Below, one piece after another: positions 54,948 to 64,000 of a DNA stretch of 64,000 bases. A program made the position numbers and the translations under genes. Positions within the stretch are counted from its first letter, which is position 1; every line of letters begins with the position of its first letter. The notes beneath the pieces were generated by a model, which saw only the letters and a program-made list of their open reading frames with translations, ran no database searches and had not been told where the DNA came from. The stretch spans positions 23,252,001 to 23,316,000 of the forward strand of contig NC_086109.1 of the NCBI RefSeq assembly GCF_963921235.1, in the 5' to 3' direction. This DNA is from Mobula hypostoma. Its lineage: Eukaryota.

Positions 54948-55757
54948 TAAGTCTGTTCTCATCTGTAATTTGACGTTTTAAATGAATGGCCATGGAGGAA
55001 TGAATGTCTGGATTCTGCTTTTGTCTTGTGACAAGAATAACTAAATTGCTTGGTCCCTAACTGCAGTAACAGATATTCTTCTAGGCTTATTAAGGCACAT
55101 ATAAACAGGAGAGGGCCTTTTGGATTCTAAAAATTGTTGTGACATTTCAATTAGATCATAGCTGATTCACATTTTAAATATATTTATTCAGTTTTGATTC
55201 CATTACCCCTAATTCTCTAACATAAAAATATTCTATTAATTTTATCTTCTCTGACTTTTATTAACATTCTCTAAGTGCCAGCTAAACAAGTGGAAGTACC
55301 TTTGACCTCTGCCGGAAGACCAATGATTACCACAGATTTGTGGAATTAACTTTTCATAACTTTGTAAAAAGTTGAAGGAGCTCATTTAGTCCACTGAGTC
55401 TATGCTATCCCTGTAATAGTCCCATTAATTCCATTTGCCCGCTTTCTTTGCTGTAAGTGATCTGCTCGCACATACCAATTAAGAATTCCTGATTCTGCCA
55501 TCCTCACAACTAAGCTATCAAACAGCATATCTTTAGGATGTGGAAGGAAAGAAGAACACCGAGGAGAAGCCCACATGGTCACAGAGAGAATGTCCAGATT
55601 CTGTACAACCAGAAACCTGAAATGAACTTTAGTTACTGGAACAGGGAGACAGCAACACTACGTGCAGCAGCTGTGTCCTACTCCATGCCACCAGCAAACC
55701 CTTAAGTTAATGTTTCAGTAATACTTTTTGCACTAAATTGAATTTTACTCACTGCTT

Positions 55758-56186
55758 CTTACTTACTTACTGCCTGTTATGCTGCTGATATTTAGGGCAG
55801 CAATGAAGGTACTTCATCTCTGGCGGTGTTCGGGGCTTCCTTCATCGTGTCAGTAGCTTCCCCTTGGCTTTCACTACTTGTCAGTCATGCAAATCCCGGG
55901 TGGAGACTCAGGAATACCGTGGCACTCAGATGTAGAAGGATTCTTCATTGCTGTTTCCATTAACAATTTTGTTTTACCATTTGGGGTTGTTAGCTTTGAG
56001 CTGAACCTCTGAAACTGGAGGACTGGTGGACCACACTTACTCTGGCCTCTACCCTTTGACCTGTTTGTTATGGGTGACCCTACCAAGAGCCAACACATAA
56101 AGCTCTGACTCTTGCCAACGTAGCTCTCTGGGTCATTGCAGTATACAAGCCTCCAAAGCACAACAAAGTTGCAGTTCTCTTAGAGG
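55758..56186 (-). mobile_element. Short RTE-derived element, second family, with (TAAG)n tail
   Basis: Clear homology to 59609-60332; RTE-type 5' motif on the minus strand. Confidence 0.65.
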
Positions 56187-57844
56187 ATTTATTGCTACAA
56201 ATGAGTTTAAGATGTTGGAGCATCACTAGAACAAAGAAGAGCAGAAACTTCTTTCCGTTTTCAACCATGTTAATTTATTTAATACTTACGTGATTTTGCC
56301 AGGAGAAAAAAAGATTAACTTCAAAAACACTGAGGTATGAAGCTTTATAAATACCATAAGGATACAAAAGATAAGAATTAATTCCATGCAAATCATTGAC
56401 AAGATTTCTTTAGAGTATTGTTTTCTTTTGGTACTCCATCTTGAGGACCATCAAATGCATTTGTTTATTTGGCTTGTATTAGATTAGATTAGATTATGAG
56501 GACACGCAGTCCTCTTTTATTGTCATTAAGTAATGCATGCATTAAGAAATGATACAATGTTCCTCCAGAATTACAACTACCAAACTGATTTTGTTCAGTT
56601 GCTTCCTGGTTCATTCATTGTAAAGTCATTTTATTTTTTATATTGTATTGTACGGTATGTATGTCCAGTTGACTTCATCCGTGGATTGTAAAAAATGCAT
56701 TTCTTAAACTCTTGCTTCTTAATTGATGAATATGTTGCTTGCAACTTCATAAGTAATCTATGTACGTAGAAATTAGTTTTGTTAATAATCCACTTAATAT
56801 GTTTACTGCTTGTATAGCTTTAATCCAAGTAAGGAAATTACAGCAATTCCCTTTCAAACTGAAAGTAGGGTAAAGTGAATGGTAAGTTTGTGCTTGGGTG
56901 CATATATCATAATTAAATTAACTTTAAAAATGAAAAAAGATATTTTCATCATCATTAAACATTTCTGCAGTAAATTATTTTGAATTGCAATGATCTGTAT
57001 AAACAAATGTCATGATTTTGTTCATTTTTAGGTCCTTCCCAACCAAAAGTAATTTAAATATTTTAAACCCAACAATGAATCTTGTTGATCCATTAGTGAA
57101 ATTGCTTGCAATTAAGCTTACACAACTCCACAGTCACTGAAGCCTTTGTGTTTTAATCAACTGTAGATTTAGATTTCTTCAACATTCTGCCTGGTTCATA
57201 ATTCCATATATCACTCAACGACACTTATCCTCACTAATTCAAACTGACATACTGACCCACAACGTGTTGTATTTATCTTCCTTGCTACCTCTCAATTCTG
57301 CTGTTGTATCACTCCATTCCCTCCTAACTACTTTCTTTAAACCTCCATCCTTCAGTTTTCTAATAGAAACCATTTGTGTTCCTGACCCGTCTGCTTCACT
57401 CACTTGTATGCATAATAAAATGGGGCATCTCTGCACTTCTCCAGCTCATCCTCTGTTTCATTTTTACTGTGTGCTCCCTCCTCCAAGCCACCTATTGAAG
57501 TTTAAAGTTTACCACATTGAGGATTCTGCGCAGAGGTGAATATGAGATCTAATTTTTGACCAAAATTAATGTGTAAATTTTTATTAATTTTTTATGAGTC
57601 CTAACTAGGTGTTTGATTTTACTGATGATGTCTCCCCCCCCACCCCCCCACATGCTCTCAGAATGCATTTTGTCATCCATGTGCAAAGACAGTCTATTTA
57701 ACTATAGAAAGTGACAGAGCATACTTTTATACAGTTAGTAGCACGGGCTATCAAGCACAACTTGATCAGCTAAGGTCTAAAGCTTTTTCTTACTTATACA
57801 TATCAGTGCTTTTAGCAATTGGGTCATTAGTTCCTGAGGATTTA

Positions 57845-58313
57845 CACTCAGTGGCCACCTTATTAGGTACACCCTGTTCTTCTACACACCACTGTTGTAA
57901 TATGTGGTTATTTGAGTTCCTGACCCCTTCCTCTCAGCTTGAACTAGTCTGGCCATGTTGCTCTGACCTCTCTCACTAATAGGGCGTTTTTGCCTACAGA
58001 ACTGCCATTCACTGGATGTTTTTCGCTCTTCACACCACTCTGTAAACTCTAGAGACAGTTGTGTGTGAAAGTCCCAGGAGGTCATGTTTCTGAGATACTA
58101 AAACTACCCCATCTAGAGCCAGCAATCATTCCATGGTCAAAGTCACTAGGTACGTTTCTTTCCCATTCTCATATTTGGTCTGAACAACAAGTGAACCTCT
58201 TGACCATGTCTGCATGCTTTTTGTCACTGAGTTGCAGGCATGTGATTGATTGAGTAGATATTTGCATTAACAGGCAGGTGTATGGCTGTACCTAATAAAG
58301 TGGCCCCTGAGTT
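57845..58313 (-). mobile_element. Internally deleted Tc1/mariner element
   Basis: TIRs TA|CACTCAGTGGCCACCTTATTAGGTACA and TGTACCTAATAAAGTGGCCCCTGAGT. ORF 57882..58085 retains Tc1-type N-terminal sequence (KTSSEWQFCRQKR..ERGQ..MARLVQA.RK...TQITT.YNSG). Confidence 0.85.
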
Positions 58314-58476
58314 CTAGTTTTACTTTGTGTGTGCTTTAATATTCTTATCGTGCGTGCTGCTTCAAATATATCACGAATTTATGCTATGCATTGATTTTCA
58401 ATTTGTTACTGCACAAAAAGTTCACGACAAAGCTTTCTGTAAAAGCAGGCGGGCAGAGTCCTTTGCACATCTCTAA

Positions 58477-58737
<261 letters not shown>

Positions 58738-59608
58738 TAGTTATTATCTATTGGATCACAGGATATTGTTGTGTCTGTTGATCAGGAACTCAAATATTGT
58801 TGCATAGAGTTAAGTTTTTGCACACTATATTTTTACTTACTTTCTTAGTAATCTTGAAGAGCCATCTGCTTTGCTTCTACTGGTATAACATCAGATTACC
58901 AAGACTTTCATGAACCCTTACCTTCTGCTTATTTACAGTAATAGGAAAGCTGAATGCTATCAAAGCATCTGCAAGGTTTGTAATTCTTTTTCTGAGTAAT
59001 GGGTTTCCCGCTGTCTGTGAAGAACTCCCAATTTCAGGCTTTCCAGTGAAAGATAAACTGCATACGGCTGGGGAGAACTCCTTTCCGTTTCTGTTGTGTT
59101 ATTGATTAGTCTATCACTAGTGGAGAAAATAGAATAAATCACACTAGTAAAAGGTGACCTAAATTGAATACCTGCTGAATATCAAGTGTTTAGTCTGTGG
59201 TTTGTGCTGTTGGTGCTTTGAACTCGGAGAGCAGCAACAAAAATAATACAAAAGAGAAGTTCAGCAATGGTTTCCAATTCTAATTACTATCTAGGGCCTC
59301 CGACTAGAAAGTTCCTTTGAAGATGCCTGTTATTCAGAAGATGAGCCTGTATATTATACCTTCCGCTATCAATTTGTCTGTCAACACTCACTGTTCCTGG
59401 GTGTCTCGTGGTAGACAGTACCTGTGAAATAATAATCCAGCATGAATCAACATTGTTAGTCGAGGGTGGAGGGAAGAGTAGTTTTAAAAATTCAAAAGAT
59501 TTTATGTGCAATTAAGGCATTCAATTATATGATCAGAGGCAAAGTTGTAGAGGTCGACTCAGTAAAGCAGAGCAAATACTTTTGATATGTGAGAAACCAT
59601 GAATGTAC

Positions 59609-60332
59609 TGTATACTTACTGCCGGTTACCCCGCTGATGTTTAGGTAGCAATGAAGGTCCTCCATCTCTGGTGGTGTTCAGGGCTTCCTTCATCATGTCC
59701 TCTTGATTTTCACGACTGTCAGTCATGCAAGTCCCGGGTGGAGACACAGGAATACTGTCGCACTCAGATGTACAAGGGCTCTTCATTGCTGTTTCTTTAA
59801 CAATTTTGTTTTACCCAGTCAGAGTTCATCTGAGCTGAATCCCCCAAACCTGGAAGACCAGTGGACCACCCTTAGTCTGCTCTTTACCCTTTGACCTGTT
59901 TGTCATGGGTGACCCTTTAAATTAAAGGCATCCGTTAGTCTTGCGAGAGCATGGATCTGCGCCCAGAAAACCTTCACTCTCCAGGGCGCAGGCCTGGGCA
60001 AGGTTGTATGGAAGACCGGCAGTTGCCCATGCTCCCCTCTCCATGACACCAATGTTGTCCGAGGGAAGGGCATTAGGACCCATACAGCTTGGCACAAGGG
60101 TCATCGCAGAGCAATGTGTGATTAAGTACCTTGCTCAAGGACACAACACATTGCCTCGGCTGGGGCTCGAACTCACGACCTTAGGTCACTAGTCCAATGC
60201 CTTAACCACTTGGCCATGTGCCCACATGTAACCCTACAAAGCATAAAGCCTTGACTCCAGCCAACATAGCTCTCCAGGTCATTGAGGCATGCAAGCCCCT
60301 AAACTATGACGAGGTTGTGGTCCTCTTGGAGG
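59609..60332 (-). mobile_element. Short RTE-derived element with a 9-bp TSD, split by a SINE
   Basis: TSD TGAATGTAC at 59600-59608 and 60333-60341; homologous to 55758-56186. Confidence 0.75.
59917..60226 (-). mobile_element. tRNA-derived SINE
   Basis: Minus strand: A box TGGCCAAGTGG, B box GTTCGAGCC, then a GTGTCCTTGAGCAAGGTACTTAA central motif. Flanks GTGACCCT / GTAACCCT. Confidence 0.8.
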
Positions 60333-60950
60333 TGAATGTACAATTAACTACTTACTTTGGTGCTGAGTGAAAAAGAACATCAAGTATCTTTGGAGGAAAG
60401 GGAAATCCTACATATGCTTTAAAAGCATTTTACTGAAATCTGAAAAACTCCAGGTGGTTTCAATGCAGTAGCATGTGGATCTTGGTTGCAGTTCCCATTT
60501 ATCTTAATTACCTCTTCACAATAGCTCAGCTCCTTGCCTAAGTGCCTGCTTGTCCAGAATTCTTCTTAATTTCAATATTTAAAACAAATACTTAATTAAA
60601 TTAATGCTTATTCATTTTCTTGACCATTTTTAATTAATCAATGTAATCAGAGTATGAGGGAGGGCAGGGGGTGGTGGGGGAAATTACTATGCATTACAAA
60701 GATATGAGAGTGGAAGGGAATGATGTTTGAGGCTTGGAAAATGCGGAGTAGATCAAAGGGAAGTAGAACGTGGAGAGCGAGTGGTGCAGGTCTGGCTGAA
60801 ATATTAATGAGAGATAAGGAAATAAAGTATTTGAAGCTGAGTTACAAATGCTCTCACTTTTACGATAACTTTCTTTTAACTTTGCATATGGGATAAGTAT
60901 TGAAGAGAAAGTTAATGCAAATACTAACAGTACAAGTTATTTAATTTCAG

Positions 60951-61039
60951 GTGTTGATTTTCTTCTCTGGGGCAACTTGCCAGATACAGAGGATGAAGAG
61001 AATGAATCCGATCTATTTGAAGAGGAATGTATCAGATAA
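60951..61039 (+). CDS. FAM72A: FAM72 coding exon 4 (89 nt, includes stop)
   Basis: TTTCAG|GT GTT GAT TTT CTT CTC TGG GGC AAC TTG CCA ... TGT ATC AGA TAA = (G)VDFLLWGNLPDTEDEENESDLFEEECIR*. Total CDS is 146+78+125+89 = 438 nt, i.e. 145 aa. Confidence 0.95.
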
Positions 61040-63910
61040 TGGAATGGAGTAATCAAGATAACAGTATTTCAATTTTGTTGCTTTGCCAATTTTTTGTTTA
61101 AAGTACTTTGACGTTATTTCAAAGGTCACAAGTGCTTTGAATTAACCGTAATGGTTAACTGCAGTTTATGTAGCAGAGCAAGCTTGTTTGAAATTCTTTT
61201 ATCCAGGGAAGGATGTGAATGTACATACCCTGATGAACAGCAAGTGTGTACCAATCTTATGAGGTATGCAGTAGCCAGGTTTGGACCTTTGCAAGTTTCC
61301 AAATATTTGTTAGGAATGTTGGCACAGAGTTATGCTTTTGATTGAAGGTTAGCTTTGGGTGGACCCATCATTGGACAGGCTTTGCACAGAAAATATAAGA
61401 TTTCACAGAAACATGAACAGCCAGTGAAGAAGTTGTTACGCCCTTCACGGTTGCTGGAATTGGAAACTACTCTGCTGGTTCTCCAGTTTACATCCTTCAA
61501 TTATATTTTTTCACTCTAATGTGATGGCTTTTTTTGCACTCTAAAGTAAAGTTTGAGATGGAGAATTTATTTTGGCAGGGATAATAAAGAGGAATTAGTT
61601 TATTTTGAGAGCAATTTATTCAGGGAAACTTAACCAGATTCAAGATGGAATTGGGCATATTTGTTGTCATTACCTCAAGAGTGACCACTGTGTAGAAAGG
61701 ACCCCATTTTGAATAATAACCCTGCTATACTTCCACAATGTTGGAATGCTAATCAAATTTTCAATTAAATAAACAAATGCGTGCGTGGGATGATGGATTT
61801 ATGGCTAAATGATATATCTGGACAAATTGAAATGAAGTGTGAGTTTGTCCATCCTCATTCATGATGATGGCCATTTTCAGGTGCTTGTACTGATCTTCTG
61901 GTTTTTAAAGCCAATTTAGGCATTAAGTCCATTAACTTGAAATATATATTATTGTAAATACTGTAAATACTCAACAGGCAGGGCAATATCTTTGGGGAGA
62001 GGGAAATGGTTAATGTTTCCTTTGATTGGATGTCCAGTAATCTATTTTATAAAAAAATGCTAACTAACCGTGAATGGACAATAGGGACACCATTTATGCA
62101 CTGAAGATACAATAGAAAACTATTTTCTATTTACCAAAGATGGGCATCTGTCTTGAGTTTTCAGACAGTTACTAGATCATTTTTGCAGCAGTTACTGGTA
62201 TTTTAACTGTACTGGGATGACGCTGACAAAGTTGAATGAAGGAAGACTCAGTTACACATGCTGTATTAAATCCTATTATTTTTCCAAATGATGGACAAAG
62301 TCTATTGTGCACATCACACAGATACAAATATTAAGATTATATGATACTATTTACTATTTTTGTATATTAATCTGTAATGTAACTAGCCACATATGGCTCA
62401 CACTCAATGTATCATGAAGTATTAATGACAACAATGCTAATGAATCTCCGAACTACAAAGAGTAACTGAAACATTTTCTGAAAGTCATTTTTCTTTATTT
62501 GCATAAAAGAAAAGGTTGTCTGCTTGGCGTTTGTCCTTTATTTACATGGCTTATGGTGAAATCTCCACTCAGCACTCTGTCTCCAGACTCAGAAGAAAAT
62601 ATGATCCGTTGTCTAAGATATGGGTACCTGGTCCTTGTGGAGTTGTCCTTCACTAAGGGCTAAATATTTCATTTGCTGCACTATTGAATGATATTTGTAT
62701 GTAAAATCCGATATACTTATGCTATGAGTATGGGAAAGGAATTATTGATTTGTTTGAAACTGTAAAAGTTACAACAATTTGTACAAATATCTATCAGTTA
62801 TTTTATATTTACAGTCTATCTGAATAGTTTTGTCAAATTAATGTTCTTTAATTCTTGCTTTGCTTCATAATTTACCACAAGCAATGTGTTCGAGTTCTCA
62901 CAATCCTTGGGTTTTGCAATAATAAGTTGATTTGGCTAACTTCAGCTCTTAGGAGGATGACTATGTGTGTCTAAACTACTTCTGTCCTTCCAATCACAAG
63001 TAGGTCAGAGGAGCAAAACTTGGGACAACTTGTTGAATGTTCACAAAGGCCGAAGTGCCTTTTAGCCTAAATTACTTTTGGAAAATCTGGTATAAATTAA
63101 AAGCGGAATGATTTTTTAATTGATAACCATTCAATAGGCCAATTTTTGATTCCCTGATTTGTAGCTCATTTGTAGATATGTTCTTAATGTCCATTGCAAA
63201 AATGTTGGGATGGAATATCGATTATGACCCTGCTCCTGTTTGCTAGTTTGCAAGTATGTGCATGTAAATTGTGTACAAGTGCACTGAGGTCCCATTTATC
63301 CCTGCTGCATATCCTCCCAGTTCTTGTAGTAAAAAACCTGTCTGGACATGCTCATAAATTATGACAGCATGATTTACTGTGGATGTGGAACAAAACCGAG
63401 TTTATTTGATGCCTCCACAAGAAAGACAGGGAAAAAATGGTACACACAGAAACTCCTCAATGCAGAAATCAGTACCTGCCGAGTATTTAATTCCTCGCTT
63501 CTACAGAGGAAATATTATAGTGTTATCATTTTCTCACAAGGGATCCAGATCTGAAAGGGATCGTAATGCACAGATGAATTACTTACAGTAGCATCCTCTG
63601 TTTTCTTTTATTGGCTTTTTTTAAATATATGTTATTCTTGGCTTGGATTTTTGTATTGTCTTAGAGTAAAGGCAAAAGCAAGTTCAGTATATCATGACTC
63701 TGAAAAGTGAATGAATTGGAAGTGAACCTTGTGTAATATAGTGTAAATGTGTGGAAGAGTTTGGTGCTGTGATATTTATTCCTGTTGTGAATATGTATGT
63801 GGTTTTATTTTCTAGTTAGTTTGTGCATTCAAAACCAATATCCTGGGAAAGACTGGCATATTGCAATAGATTTTCTGGTCAATCAATAAAAGAGAAATGA
63901 AACCACAGGT
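61040..63910 (+). other. Putative FAM72 3' UTR with alternative polyadenylation signals
   Basis: AT-rich stretch after the stop with no recognisable repeats. AATAAA at 61583-61588, 61768-61773 and 63885-63890. Confidence 0.4.
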
Positions 63911-64000
63911 GACATCACTTTTTCTTTGTGATAGCCTAAATATAGGATGATAGTATCAGATATCATTCTAAAGATGTGCTGGATTGAAGAGTTCAGAATG

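Noticed and set aside
60150..60226. tRNA-like sequence on the minus strand
   Set aside because: It is the head of a SINE: it runs into a SINE body and is flanked by a near-TSD.
63348..63591. Two overlapping ~70-aa ORFs downstream of FAM72
   Set aside because: No recognisable homology or convincing splice context; expected by chance.

Overview
Vertebrate genomic DNA, AT-rich and about half transposon-derived. The repeat set (CR1, Rex1/Babar, Penelope-like, V-SINE, RTE-derived, hAT and Tc1 MITEs) points to a cartilaginous fish, probably a ray; that is inference. Two host genes, essentially missed by the ORF track because their exons are short, lie head-to-head. The first coding exon of SRGAP2 is on the minus strand (18115-18181, MTSPAKFKKDKEIITEYETQVK); I found no further SRGAP2 exon in the window. 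A complete four-coding-exon FAM72 gene is on the plus strand (47112-61039, 145 aa), with an RFX X-box/CCAAT/CHR promoter at about 45.8 kb and a probable non-coding first exon. The two start codons are about 29 kb apart, separated by heavily nested transposons. The most interesting non-genic structures are (i) short TSD-flanked fold-back insertions built from Penelope-like 3' ends, which carry minimal hammerhead-ribozyme motifs, and (ii) short bipartite RTE-derived elements whose 5' ends resemble an HDV-like ribozyme. Repeat boundaries were read by eye and are approximate unless a TSD or TIR is quoted. No CRISPR, rRNA or genuine tRNA genes were seen.
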